From positions 1 through 64,000 of IMG/VR virus record IMGVR_UViG_3300022602_003048: a stretch of 64,000 nt of DNA, one strand, 5' to 3'. Under the pieces are notes generated by a model, which saw only the letters and a list, made by a program, of their open reading frames with translations, was not told the DNA's origin and did no database searches. Both the position numbers and the translations under genes were made by a program. Below, piece by piece: positions 1-10,001 of the stretch. Each line of letters begins with the position of its first letter. Position 1 is the first letter of the stretch. Source of the stretch: a virus.

Positions 1-228
1 GATTTAAACACATTTATAGAAGATTACAATAATAGATACAGTACAGACGTATCGGAAAGATTTACCCACATTTTATACGAACTTTCTAAACCTCATAATC
101 CGAATGCAGCTAAGAAATTTTTACAAGTTAGCCATGATATAGATAAAATTAGAGAAGAATCTATATTTGATGTTATACCGGAATTGGAAATAATTAGGGA
201 TATGTACCCAGAAAGTCTTAGAGATTAG
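1..228 (+). CDS. 3' end of a CDS running in from the window edge; probably a Twitch/SPASM radical SAM protein C-terminus
   Basis: Frame 1 is open to TAG at 226-228; ends DKIREESIFDVIPEL, resembling the C-terminus LDKTRNQRHISHFVPEF of the rSAM at 6616-7884. Confidence 0.55.
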   Translation, partial: DLNTFIEDYNNRYSTDVSERFTHILYELSKPHNPNAAKKFLQVSHDIDKIREESIFDVIPELEIIRDMYPESLRD

Positions 229-230
229 GA

Positions 231-1169
231 ATGACAGATATCATTAAGATAGATCAGCTTAGTCCTTCGTTGTATCTAACATGGGTAGTAAATAATATTT
301 GCACAAATTCGTGTTCGTATTGTCCGCCTGATTTGCACAACGGAAAGAATACTCATTACGAATGGGAAGATGCTGAGCGATTTTCTAAATATCTGATTAG
401 TAAATATTCAAAAATACAACTAGCATTATCGGGAGGTGAACCTACAATAAGTCCTTGGTTTAAAGATCTTGTAAAGCTTTACAGTGACTCAGGAAACCCA
501 ACCGGAATGACTACTAATGGTGCTAGAACAATTAGATATTATGATGAGATATCTAAGTATATGAGTTACATAGTTATGAGTTACCATCCTAGTTTTGAAG
601 ATCCAGAATTATTAGATAAAGCTTTAGCTTGTAGCAAGAATACATTGACCACTATATCTGTTATGTTCGATTCTAGATATTTTAATAAAAGTTTGGAATT
701 TTATGAAAAAGCTAAAATCTATAGTAGTATATCATTACAACCAATAATGATACAGTATTGGCCTGGAGTAGAAACTACTGCTGGAAGAGATTATACAGAA
801 GATCAATTATCTATATTAAAAAACCTAACAACAATCGAAGCCTCAGAAATTACGATGCCTAAAAATTTAGGAGAAATGGGAGGAATAGCAACTTATGACA
901 ACGGAACTATTTCTAGATTTGATGCTCAAATTTTAATTAATAATAAAAAAACTAATTTCTTTGGTTGGGAATGTGATATAGGCATGGAAAGTTTATTTGT
1001 TAGATATGACGGTACTATAAAAACAGCAAATTGCAATAGTGCTAAGATTATAGGAAATCTAAATAAATTTGAAGAGATAGAATGGCCAGATAAAACATTT
1101 ATTTGTCCTCAAACTTTCTGTCATTGTACTACTGATGTATATGTTAGTAAGAGACTAAAAAATGTATGA
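231..1169 (+). CDS. Radical SAM protein with C-terminal SPASM/Twitch-like Cys cluster
   Basis: CTNSCSYC (CxxxCxxC), GGEPT, TTNG; C-terminal C..G..DG....C and CxxxxCxC; paralogue of 5724-6623. Confidence 0.92.
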   Translation: MTDIIKIDQLSPSLYLTWVVNNICTNSCSYCPPDLHNGKNTHYEWEDAERFSKYLISKYSKIQLALSGGEPTISPWFKDLVKLYSDSGNPTGMTTNGARTIRYYDEISKYMSYIVMSYHPSFEDPELLDKALACSKNTLTTISVMFDSRYFNKSLEFYEKAKIYSSISLQPIMIQYWPGVETTAGRDYTEDQLSILKNLTTIEASEITMPKNLGEMGGIATYDNGTISRFDAQILINNKKTNFFGWECDIGMESLFVRYDGTIKTANCNSAKIIGNLNKFEEIEWPDKTFICPQTFCHCTTDVYVSKRLKNV

Positions 1170-2478
1170 TATATTTTTCTTGGTAGATCATCGGTTATCT
1201 GATTCTATAAAAAAGCGATTTCCTTTAGCAAAAAAAGCATCTTCGATCGTTGATGCTAAGAATAAATCTATGACTAAGTTTTTTTGGGTCGTAGATCGTG
1301 ATTATAGTCTCTTAGAAGATTTTAAATTTGATTATAAAATACCTGATTGGGATCAGATGTATGTACATGTTTGGAAGACGGTATCTAATGATCATTCTGG
1401 AGTATATTTGATTCCAAAAAAGTATGAAATAACTAATAGAGAAGCTGAATATAGTTTTTTTATTAAAAGAAAAGAAATTGATGTAATCGCAAGTAAGAAA
1501 CAACCTTATGATATTTTTTATATATCAAAACCTAATGATTATATCAACGCACAAACAGAATCTACAACTAAAATGTTTTATGCCATTCTCGATGATGTTG
1601 TAGTTGATCCAAAATTTGATTTTACATATAATGTTCCTAACTGGGATCAAGAATATGTAAATGTATTTTCACAATCGGGAGAAGATACGCACGGTGGTGT
1701 CTATCTTATACCTAAGAATTATAATATTACGAAGAGAGAGGCCGAATATAATTTTTTTATAAACAAAAAAGATATTGACATTATAGCTTCTAAGCCAGGA
1801 TTTGAGATAGTCTTTATCAGCTACGACGAATCAAATGCTGAAGAAAATTGGAATAATTTAAGATACAGGTTTCCATATGCCAAACGTATAGATAAAGTTG
1901 ACGGCATACATAATGCCCATAAAGAAGCTGCCAAGATAACTGATACTAGTATGATATGGGTAGTAGACGGAGATGCGATTGTATTAGATGATTTTAATTT
2001 TGATATAGCTATACCTAAATGGGATAGAAACATTACACATGTTTGTAAAAGTAAAAATCCAATAAATGATTTAGAATATGGATATGGCGGTGTCAAACTA
2101 TTACCTAGAAAATTATTATTAGAGATGAGAACTGACACGGTTGATATGACCACTTCTATATCGAGAGATTTTAAAACTTTAGATATTGTTAGTAATATAA
2201 CAGCATTCAATACAGATACTTTTAATACTTGGAAAAGCGCATTCCGTGAATGTGTTAAATTATCTAGCAAAGTGATAGACGGACAAATAGATGCTGAAAC
2301 ACAAGATAGATTAGAAATCTGGTGTACTAAAGGACAGAATCAAGACTACGGTCATTGGGCATTGCTCGGAGCACAAGCAGGCAGGAAATATGGTTCACAA
2401 AATAAAGATAATAAAGAAATGTTGTTGAAGATAAATGATTGGAAATGGTTACAGGATGAATTCAACAGAAATAACTAA
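1162..2478 (+). CDS. Glycosyltransferase-like protein (GT-A-like) with three tandem homologous segments
   Basis: WVVDGD (DxD) in the third repeat; FISYDE..AEENW and GIHNAHKEAA motifs; internal repeats. Confidence 0.6.
   Translation: MYDIFFLVDHRLSDSIKKRFPLAKKASSIVDAKNKSMTKFFWVVDRDYSLLEDFKFDYKIPDWDQMYVHVWKTVSNDHSGVYLIPKKYEITNREAEYSFFIKRKEIDVIASKKQPYDIFYISKPNDYINAQTESTTKMFYAILDDVVVDPKFDFTYNVPNWDQEYVNVFSQSGEDTHGGVYLIPKNYNITKREAEYNFFINKKDIDIIASKPGFEIVFISYDESNAEENWNNLRYRFPYAKRIDKVDGIHNAHKEAAKITDTSMIWVVDGDAIVLDDFNFDIAIPKWDRNITHVCKSKNPINDLEYGYGGVKLLPRKLLLEMRTDTVDMTTSISRDFKTLDIVSNITAFNTDTFNTWKSAFRECVKLSSKVIDGQIDAETQDRLEIWCTKGQNQDYGHWALLGAQAGRKYGSQNKDNKEMLLKINDWKWLQDEFNRNN
1270..2112 (+). repeat. Three degenerate ~75-aa protein repeats (F.FD/TY..P.WD..Y.HV...GVYLIPK)
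   Basis: FKFDYKIPDWDQMYVHVW..GVYLIPKKYEITNREAEY vs FDFTYNVPNWDQEYVNVF..GVYLIPKNYNITKREAEY vs FNFDIAIPKWDRNITHV..GVKLLPRK; boundaries approximate. Confidence 0.85.
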
Positions 2479-3085
2479 CATTAGACTTGATATAGATCAT
2501 ATTCTTTTCTGGATGGATGCTATCAGAAATAGTGCAGATAAAGATCGATCGTTAGAAAGTTTTTGGAAAGGCCAGATCAAGAGCAAAATATGGTTGATCG
2601 ATAACCTTATAAATTATATATCTCCTATAAACAATAATATTGTTATCCATGGGGGGTGGAATGGTGTATTAGCTAGCTTATTATTCCAGTCATCGATTAA
2701 ATTAGAAAAAATAATTTCAATAGATATAAATCCGGCTTGTAAAGAAATTGCCGAAACAATGAATAAGATAGAAGAGATAACTGGAAGGTTTCGAGCAGTT
2801 ACATCTGATATGGCAGAATACACCTATGATTTTAATCCCGATATAGTGATAAACACTAGTTGTGAACATATCACTCAGGAAACATATGAAATTTGGTTAT
2901 CAAAGGTTCCATTTAATTCTATAATAGTCCTACAAAGCAATGATTATTTTGATCTAGAGGAGCACATACGCTGTGCTAAAAATTTAGAAGAATTTATAGA
3001 TCAGAGTAAAATCAAAATTATTAGATCAGATATTTTACAACTGCCTAAATATAGTAGGTTTATGTTGATAGGATATAAGCAATGA
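2456..3085 (+). CDS. Class I SAM-dependent methyltransferase-like protein
   Basis: IHGGWNG motif I, acidic SIDIN, DIVINTSCEH; paralogue at 42555-43121; start chosen at ATG 2456. Confidence 0.75.
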   Translation: MNSTEITNIRLDIDHILFWMDAIRNSADKDRSLESFWKGQIKSKIWLIDNLINYISPINNNIVIHGGWNGVLASLLFQSSIKLEKIISIDINPACKEIAETMNKIEEITGRFRAVTSDMAEYTYDFNPDIVINTSCEHITQETYEIWLSKVPFNSIIVLQSNDYFDLEEHIRCAKNLEEFIDQSKIKIIRSDILQLPKYSRFMLIGYKQ

Positions 3086-4617
3086 ATCATTCTATAATAT
3101 TTTCACCTAGAGGTAAAAGGTGGCAACGAGGTATGGGTGCTCACCGTATTGCTTCATTCTTACGATTGCAAGATTGGGACGTTGAAGTTATTGATTATGT
3201 AATATTCTGGGAATTAGAACAATTAAAAGAACTGGTCAAAAGTAGGGTAAATTCATCTACTGTATTTTTTGGATTTAGTACATTTTTTAATGTATGGTCT
3301 GGAACTATGAATGAGTTTACTAAGTGGTTAAAAGAGGAATATCCTCACATACCAATAGTTATAGGCGGCCAGAGTGTATTATTGACTGATGCAGAAAATA
3401 TAGATTATTGGGTAGACAGTTACGGTGAGAATGCGATAATAGCACTAACTAGAAAACTGATAGGAACTGATACTAGTCCTATAACATATGATGAAAATTA
3501 TAGTGATAAGAAAGTTATACGAGGACTAACGGCATATCCGTCAGCACCGCTATCGTCTTATTATATAGAATTTGAAAAACGAGATTTTATGCGTTCTACA
3601 GAAATGCCTACAATAGAAATTAGCAGAGGTTGTAAGTTTGCATGTGAATATTGTAATTTTCCTATATTAGGCGTAAAGGGTGATCAATCTAGCAGTCAAG
3701 ACAGTTTCCGTAGGCAGATAGAACATGCTTACGATAATTGGGGTATTAAAAATTGGATGATAGCAGACGAAACTTTTAACGATCGCACTGATAAGATTAG
3801 GAAATTTGCTGATGTTGTAGAAAAATTATCTTTCAAACCTTGGTTCTCGGCCTTTATTAGGGGAGATCTATTAGTAAGTCAGCGTAATCAATGGGATGAA
3901 TTGATACGCATGCAAGTACTCGGCCATTCAATGGGCATAGAAACTTTTAATCAGGAAAGCGGGAAGATCATCGGTAAAGGTATGGATCCTGACAGGATAA
4001 AAGAGGGATTGATTGAGTTTGAAAAATATACAGATATTCATGCACCTAGGAGATACAGGGCAAATATAAATCTTATTTGTGGCCTACCAAAAGAAACCGA
4101 ATCGTCATGGAATGATACAATTGATTGGTTGAATAAACATTGGATAAGACAAAGTGCTAGTGCTTGGATATTAGAGATAAGTGATTTTAATAATGATCTA
4201 ACTAATATGAGCAAATTTACTAGGAATTTAAAAAAACACGGCCTCAGGTCTATTGGAGCACAAGAAGCAAATGGTCAGGTACTAACTAGAGATGAAAACG
4301 GAAATCTACAATTTAAATCTACAGTGCAGTATGCTGGAGGTGTTGGCACTACCAGAGAAAAAATATGCATATGGGCCCACGATAATATGGATTGGTATCA
4401 AGCAGGAAATCTAGTTAGGAAATTTTATAGCAATGATGGATTTATCGGACGTTCTGGAAATAATCCTATTTTAACTGATAGACTTTTTGATTTCTATAAT
4501 ACTACTGAATATGAAGATATATGGGATAAAGACATGCGTGATGTAAACGACACTGCGCCTGTTTTTTTAAATATAATAAGAGATTATATTGATAATAAAA
4601 TAAATTGGAGATCTTGA
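3082..4617 (+). CDS. Cobalamin-binding (class B) radical SAM enzyme
   Basis: N-terminal GAHRIASFLR..DVEVID / IVIGG B12-binding-like domain; SRGCKFACEYC; DETF; GIETF; ICGLP.ET. Confidence 0.88.
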   Translation: MNHSIIFSPRGKRWQRGMGAHRIASFLRLQDWDVEVIDYVIFWELEQLKELVKSRVNSSTVFFGFSTFFNVWSGTMNEFTKWLKEEYPHIPIVIGGQSVLLTDAENIDYWVDSYGENAIIALTRKLIGTDTSPITYDENYSDKKVIRGLTAYPSAPLSSYYIEFEKRDFMRSTEMPTIEISRGCKFACEYCNFPILGVKGDQSSSQDSFRRQIEHAYDNWGIKNWMIADETFNDRTDKIRKFADVVEKLSFKPWFSAFIRGDLLVSQRNQWDELIRMQVLGHSMGIETFNQESGKIIGKGMDPDRIKEGLIEFEKYTDIHAPRRYRANINLICGLPKETESSWNDTIDWLNKHWIRQSASAWILEISDFNNDLTNMSKFTRNLKKHGLRSIGAQEANGQVLTRDENGNLQFKSTVQYAGGVGTTREKICIWAHDNMDWYQAGNLVRKFYSNDGFIGRSGNNPILTDRLFDFYNTTEYEDIWDKDMRDVNDTAPVFLNIIRDYIDNKINWRS

Positions 4618-5733
4618 TTGTTTAGATTTGATGAGCTAAGGACAGTAGAATTAGAGATAACAAATCGATGCCAAGCTTCTTGTCCTATGTGTCCTAGAAA
4701 CATTCATAGTGGAATCGATAATCCATTTTTAAAAATCAATGATTGGACATATGAGGATTTCGTTACTATATTCGACGAAGAAGTTGTAAAACAAGTAAAG
4801 ACATTTCTATTTTGTGGTAGTTTTGGAGAACCTGTATTAAACAATGATATATTAAAGATGTGCAAATATATAAAAATTAAAAATCCAGAAGCACATGTTA
4901 TGATACACACAAATGGAAGTCTAAGAAAACCAGATTGGTGGGCAGAATTAGTAAGTGTCTTACCTAATAGTCATCAGGTATTTTTTGCTATTGACGGCAT
5001 TGATTCAAAAACACACGCTCTCCATCGAGTAGGTACCGATCTAAATAAAGTAATGGAAAACGCTAAAAGCTTTATTTCTGCAGGAGGGTATGCTGTATGG
5101 AACTTCATAAGATTTAAACATAATCAAGAACAAGTGATTGCTGCTAGATCTCTCTCACAGCAGCTAGGATTTAGTGAGTTTTCCATTAAAGATACTAGGA
5201 GATTTACTGGGCCGAATTTTAAAGTTTTAGATAGTAGTGGAGCTGTTACACATTATCTAGAATCTAATACAGACAATCTTATACATTATGTTGACAAAGG
5301 TGTAATAGAAAGTACGTATAATACCTGGTCAAAGAGTAATAATATCTATTGTTATGCAAAGGATGACAATTCTAGTATTTACATAGATGCACATCTAACT
5401 ATGTTACCTTGTTGCATATTATCATCTTTTTTATATACTAGTTACGATGAATCTATATTGCGCAAATATGGGTTATATAACGAGAAAACATCAGTTAATT
5501 CTCTCGGAATAAAATTAAAGAAACAAGTATATGAAATAATAAGTGAGATGGGCGGAATTGATAATCTAAATGCTCGAGATGTAGGAATTAAAGAAATAAT
5601 GAACTCTCTATCATGGCAAACTATATGGCAGGAAAAATGGAATAACCACGGATCTTTAGTCTGTATGTTGATGTGTAGTAAAGCAAGTCCTTTTATCTCT
5701 ATTGAAGGTCAGTTTTCAAATAATCAAGAATAA
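4618..5733 (+). CDS. Radical SAM protein with Twitch-like C-terminus
   Basis: CQASCPMC, GEP, HTNGS, FAIDG; LPCC and CxxxC at C-terminus; TTG start. Confidence 0.9.
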   Translation: MFRFDELRTVELEITNRCQASCPMCPRNIHSGIDNPFLKINDWTYEDFVTIFDEEVVKQVKTFLFCGSFGEPVLNNDILKMCKYIKIKNPEAHVMIHTNGSLRKPDWWAELVSVLPNSHQVFFAIDGIDSKTHALHRVGTDLNKVMENAKSFISAGGYAVWNFIRFKHNQEQVIAARSLSQQLGFSEFSIKDTRRFTGPNFKVLDSSGAVTHYLESNTDNLIHYVDKGVIESTYNTWSKSNNIYCYAKDDNSSIYIDAHLTMLPCCILSSFLYTSYDESILRKYGLYNEKTSVNSLGIKLKKQVYEIISEMGGIDNLNARDVGIKEIMNSLSWQTIWQEKWNNHGSLVCMLMCSKASPFISIEGQFSNNQE

Positions 5734-6623
5734 CTTGTTTTAGTTAAAGGTATATCTGCCGAACAAGTACACCAATTGCGTGTGCATACTATTGGATCCA
5801 CAGGTTTTTGGAAAGTACCATCATATATATTTCCTAAACTACCTCCTACTCTGCAAGTAGCGCGATGTACTTCGCCATCCCAGTTTATCATCAGGCTTTC
5901 CAATCCTGCATTACAGGTCCATCCTTTAAATTGATTCATATGCAATTTAATGATATCGTTAGCGTGCATTTCTTCAATGTCATCTATTGTGCAGTTTGGC
6001 CATATCGTAGCAGTTGAATTTTTGATCCATTCTAGATCATCGGGATGATATCGCATATCGTCAAATAAATCGTGGTTGCCTTCGGTCCAGCGTATCCTCC
6101 TCACAGCATAGGGTATCTTTAAAATTTCTAGATCTCGTTTTGCTGTCCTAACGTGATCCATGTGCTTATGGTGAGCCATTATGTGTACTAGCACCCTGTT
6201 AGTCCTCAGCATTTCAAATTCCATTATATTGTTTAGGCATCTTTCCCAGTCTTTTTCAAAATGGAGGCTAAAGACATATTGATCAACAATGTGCTGCTGT
6301 GATTCATACCATTTTGCGAGCCTAGTAGCATTGGTAGTCATGCTTACCCAAGTAATATTCTCAGCAGCGTGTATAGCAGCTAGAAGCTCTTCTATGCGAG
6401 GGTGTACGCTAGGTTCGCCTCCTGTTATGCTCAGACGCACAGGAGCTTCTAATTTGTTTAAAACCACCACTGTATTTTTAAGATTTTCTATGTCTGTGTG
6501 GGGACTATGATTATCGTGTATGTATTCTGGACAATAGGCACAATCTAGATTGCAGCGTTTTCCTAAATTCCATTCTATTTTTATCTTATCTTGATGAGGC
6601 CAGCGGCTGGTTATCTTATACAT
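5724..6623 (-). CDS. Radical SAM/SPASM protein
   Basis: CNLDCAYC, TGGEP, TTNA; CNAG..DG.V..C and CTRNWCTC. Confidence 0.92.
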   Translation of the reverse strand: MYKITSRWPHQDKIKIEWNLGKRCNLDCAYCPEYIHDNHSPHTDIENLKNTVVVLNKLEAPVRLSITGGEPSVHPRIEELLAAIHAAENITWVSMTTNATRLAKWYESQQHIVDQYVFSLHFEKDWERCLNNIMEFEMLRTNRVLVHIMAHHKHMDHVRTAKRDLEILKIPYAVRRIRWTEGNHDLFDDMRYHPDDLEWIKNSTATIWPNCTIDDIEEMHANDIIKLHMNQFKGWTCNAGLESLMINWDGEVHRATCRVGGSLGNIYDGTFQKPVDPIVCTRNWCTCSADIPLTKTSYS

Positions 6624-7884
6624 AGTCTAAAAATTCCGGTACAAAATGACTAATATGACGTTGATTTCTAGTCTTATCTAGTCGTTGATTAAACTCTAAA
6701 TACTTAGACCACAAATGGCTTTGATCTTTTCCGTTTAGATAATTTATATTATCTTGTATAAGTCCTAGCGTGATGTCTAATAATATTGGATGTTCTTTTA
6801 CTAACCGAAAATTTTTAATACGAGGTTTGATGTCTTCTAATTTTGCAATAGCTACTTTTTTTAAATCATTAGGTAGCACCTGTGCTGAAAGTAAGTTTGG
6901 ATGTTCGACTCTGTTTGAATAAAATACTATCCCTATATCGTCTAGAAAATATTCTATTATTTTATCTAAGGACATTATATTGCTTGCTTGTACACACACA
7001 GATCCAACTATTCTAGAAATATTAGGAATTTTTTGTATGATTTTTATGTTTTCAACTATAGTATTCCAATTAGAATTTCCTCTAATATGCTCATATACAT
7101 CGTCTAATCCATCAATGCTTACGTTGACTGCTACACTTTTAAATTTAGGCCAATAATCCCAAATATTTCTTCCTCCCTTTATACCTAATGTAGTTAGATT
7201 AGTAGCGTACTTGATTTCTATCTGATCTCCATATGGTGCAAGCTTATCTAATATACGATAATGTTGTGGATCCATAAGTGGTTCACCACCTGCAAATTCG
7301 GCTCTGCGGAAATAAGGTATAATCTTTTCAAAGCTTTCCCACCAGTTAGGATTGTCTTCAAACTTATCTAAATATGGTTTCTTTTTTAATCCTAATTTGT
7401 TTATAGCATCTACCATGTAGTTGCCTTCTTCTTTATAAAATTCTTCAACCTCGCTCCAGTCATCCCAGCTAGTACTATCAGTAGGTTGACACATGCGACA
7501 TTTTAGATTACAAAGGTTGTTTAACTTTATCTCCATAGTTGGTATCTCAAAAGGCATTGTGTAATCTTTTCTAAGCTGATTCAACGCATTAGGATATCTA
7601 TTGATCCTTGCTTCTGGGATTACTCCTTTAATATGCCGTTGTCTTAGTGATTCAACTCCTTGATCTTCTAATACAAAACATGGACTACATTCCTGGGGGC
7701 GTTCGTTATTTAGAACTTGATGTCGTATACGCCGCATGTTTTCATTGTTCCAGATCTCTTCTAGATTATTTTCTGTAATATTTCCAATAGGATGACTTCG
7801 GCAACAGACCTTAATAGACCCGTCTTCTCTAGTAGCTAGCCCAGTAAATGGATGCATACAAAATGTATTACTTTGATTGATCAA
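6616..7884 (-). CDS. Radical SAM protein with N-terminal Twitch domain
   Basis: N-terminal CMHPF..DG..VCC..CSPC; CNLKCRMC; GGEP; YATN; SIDG; likely TTG start at 7884. Confidence 0.9.
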   Translation of the reverse strand: MINQSNTFCMHPFTGLATREDGSIKVCCRSHPIGNITENNLEEIWNNENMRRIRHQVLNNERPQECSPCFVLEDQGVESLRQRHIKGVIPEARINRYPNALNQLRKDYTMPFEIPTMEIKLNNLCNLKCRMCQPTDSTSWDDWSEVEEFYKEEGNYMVDAINKLGLKKKPYLDKFEDNPNWWESFEKIIPYFRRAEFAGGEPLMDPQHYRILDKLAPYGDQIEIKYATNLTTLGIKGGRNIWDYWPKFKSVAVNVSIDGLDDVYEHIRGNSNWNTIVENIKIIQKIPNISRIVGSVCVQASNIMSLDKIIEYFLDDIGIVFYSNRVEHPNLLSAQVLPNDLKKVAIAKLEDIKPRIKNFRLVKEHPILLDITLGLIQDNINYLNGKDQSHLWSKYLEFNQRLDKTRNQRHISHFVPEFLDYV

Positions 7885-8605
7885 CTGCCCACGCTCTTTC
7901 CTTACACCAAAAACACTCACCACATGTTGGAACTATTTGACCATATTTGTATGATTGGTAATCTAACCCCTCAAATTCTCCTTCACAACTGCGGGTAATA
8001 TCAAAGAGTTCCATAAGATTTAATTTCCTATATTGACTTAATATCCAAGATTTCTCAGTAAATCTAAAAGGATGAGATGCTATTTTACCCATGTGTGTCA
8101 TCAACATGAGATGCTGATTATCCTCGTTTGGGTCAACATCTCTTTTATCCATTCCTTTAAAGTCAACATTTTTTGGGTTTCTAGTTACAGCATTATAATA
8201 AGCATCTATATTATTATAGAAACAGATATATTCAGCATATGATTGTAATTCTATGATGTCTCCGGCAGTCATTTTACCATATTCGTCTTTTATAATATAT
8301 GCTGTATTATACCACTCCATCGCCGGGGGTATGAAATTTTCGTGTCTTATAAACTTTATATTTGTAAATTTTTTAGATAACCAATCAAATATGCGTTTGC
8401 TATCATGTCCTTGCCACGGCCTTGTTTTCCACATTCTAACATGTGATATAATGTGTACTTGTATGTTTAGATTTTCTTCTGTTATAATATTACATAGTAT
8501 ATACGCTAATAAGGTGCTATCAGCACCCCCGCTTAGACTTATTGCAATAGCATTCCAGCTTTTATCAAAAGGTATTTCTACCCCGTCAAAATTATAAATT
8601 ATCAT
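7868..8605 (-). CDS. QueC-like PP-loop ATPase (adenine nucleotide alpha-hydrolase)
   Basis: SLSGGADS PP-loop; TRSC...CGECFWC Zn-binding pattern; ATG 8605 follows an ATAAATA box. Confidence 0.75.
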   Translation of the reverse strand: MIIYNFDGVEIPFDKSWNAIAISLSGGADSTLLAYILCNIITEENLNIQVHIISHVRMWKTRPWQGHDSKRIFDWLSKKFTNIKFIRHENFIPPAMEWYNTAYIIKDEYGKMTAGDIIELQSYAEYICFYNNIDAYYNAVTRNPKNVDFKGMDKRDVDPNEDNQHLMLMTHMGKIASHPFRFTEKSWILSQYRKLNLMELFDITRSCEGEFEGLDYQSYKYGQIVPTCGECFWCKERAWAVDQSK

Positions 8606-8649
8606 TGAAATATTTATAGGGTTCTTCAGTGCAAATAAATATTTCAATG
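8603..8649. promoter_or_regulatory. Back-to-back late promoters forming a perfect 15-bp inverted repeat (ATAAATATTTCAATG), each arm ending in a start codon
   Basis: 8603-8617 is the reverse complement of 8635-8649; 17-nt spacer. Confidence 0.8.
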
Positions 8650-9318
8650 TTGCAAAAGCTAGACTTGAAAGTATCTAAAAATTTAATAGATCTTGCACTA
8701 AAATCCTTACCAAGTGAGGATTTTAGATATACAATAAACCAACCAATGAATAGATATTTTTACGATCCTTGGGAAATCAAACCAGAGTTTAAAGGCACAG
8801 TGTGGGAAGATGTTCTAGCTACATTACCGTTTGCTATTGGAGAAGCTAGAATAGCTATATTAAAGTATGGTTCTGCATATCAAATTCATGCAGATATAGA
8901 TGATAGATATCATTTAAATTTACAAGAAGAAAGCAGTTATCTTATTGATTTAGAAAATGAAAAAATGCATAAGTTAATGACAGATGGATTTTGGTATCTA
9001 ATGGATGCTGGAAGATTACATACTGCTACAAATTTTGGTCGCTGTGCTAGAGTACAAATAGTGGTTAGAAAACTATTAGATGAGAGGTTATTACATGACC
9101 CAGTAAGCATTATATTATCATCATCTGGATATAGCAAAGACGATGCTAGATTCTTATTTGATAATACACTTAGTACTTGGTTGAACCGAGCAAATAAGAG
9201 AGGTTTGATAGATGATTTTAAATTTTCTACAAATAAAGTAACATTTAGGTTAGAAAAGTCAGCTATTGATGATTTAAAATCTAGACTCATCAGCGGATTT
9301 ACAATGGAGATATTATGA
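8647..9318 (+). CDS. Fe(II)/2OG oxygenase (AspH-like cupin)
   Basis: GEARI, HAD (HxD), distal LHTA, RVQIV. Confidence 0.75.
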   Translation: MLQKLDLKVSKNLIDLALKSLPSEDFRYTINQPMNRYFYDPWEIKPEFKGTVWEDVLATLPFAIGEARIAILKYGSAYQIHADIDDRYHLNLQEESSYLIDLENEKMHKLMTDGFWYLMDAGRLHTATNFGRCARVQIVVRKLLDERLLHDPVSIILSSSGYSKDDARFLFDNTLSTWLNRANKRGLIDDFKFSTNKVTFRLEKSAIDDLKSRLISGFTMEIL

Positions 9319-10001
9319 TCGATATTAGTAGTTGGGAATATTATTATAAGATAGATCCGATATACAAATCATTAGGTGCATCTAATATGTTATATACTCC
9401 CTTTGTAAGTCCAAATAAAGACATGATGTGCATGAGTTGGGACATAAACAGTCCCTATCAAAAAAACGGTGACGAGCGTCTAACGATTGAATTGATGGAA
9501 TTTTTCTTTGAGAGAGAAGTAAAGCATCTCGATATATTTAAAGATTATCCATGGGCTCCTAAGATATACGATATAGATATTAGCAATATGAAGATAGTTA
9601 TAGAATGGAATAACGGTACAGTAAACGATATACTCTACGGCAATGGTAGAGATTTAGACAATGATTATCCAGGTTGGCAAGAACAGATGTTTTGTATTCT
9701 AAAAGATATAGTAGATGCTGGATATTATAAAATGGCATTGTACCCTCATTGCTTTTTCTTTGATCAAGATAATAGGATGAAAACTTTTGATTTTTATTCT
9801 TGTTTAAGCCGTGAAGAACGTTATTTGGAAAAGAAGAAGATAGCAGGAATGTTAGGAAAACAGTCTGCACCTAGATTCGATGAAGCCACTACAGACGGTA
9901 TAGTAGATTTTGAGATATTTTTTAAAAGGACGCTATCGACCCATCTAAAATGGCCAGGTGATCCGTTGCCTGCATTTTATAAGAGGATATTTAATGACTA
10001 G
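9315..10001 (+). CDS. Protein-kinase-like fold protein (atypical)
   Basis: FEREVKHL (helix C-like), APKIYDID, IVIEW, KTFDFY (DFG-like); paralogue of 14028-14720. Confidence 0.55.
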   Translation: MIDISSWEYYYKIDPIYKSLGASNMLYTPFVSPNKDMMCMSWDINSPYQKNGDERLTIELMEFFFEREVKHLDIFKDYPWAPKIYDIDISNMKIVIEWNNGTVNDILYGNGRDLDNDYPGWQEQMFCILKDIVDAGYYKMALYPHCFFFDQDNRMKTFDFYSCLSREERYLEKKKIAGMLGKQSAPRFDEATTDGIVDFEIFFKRTLSTHLKWPGDPLPAFYKRIFND

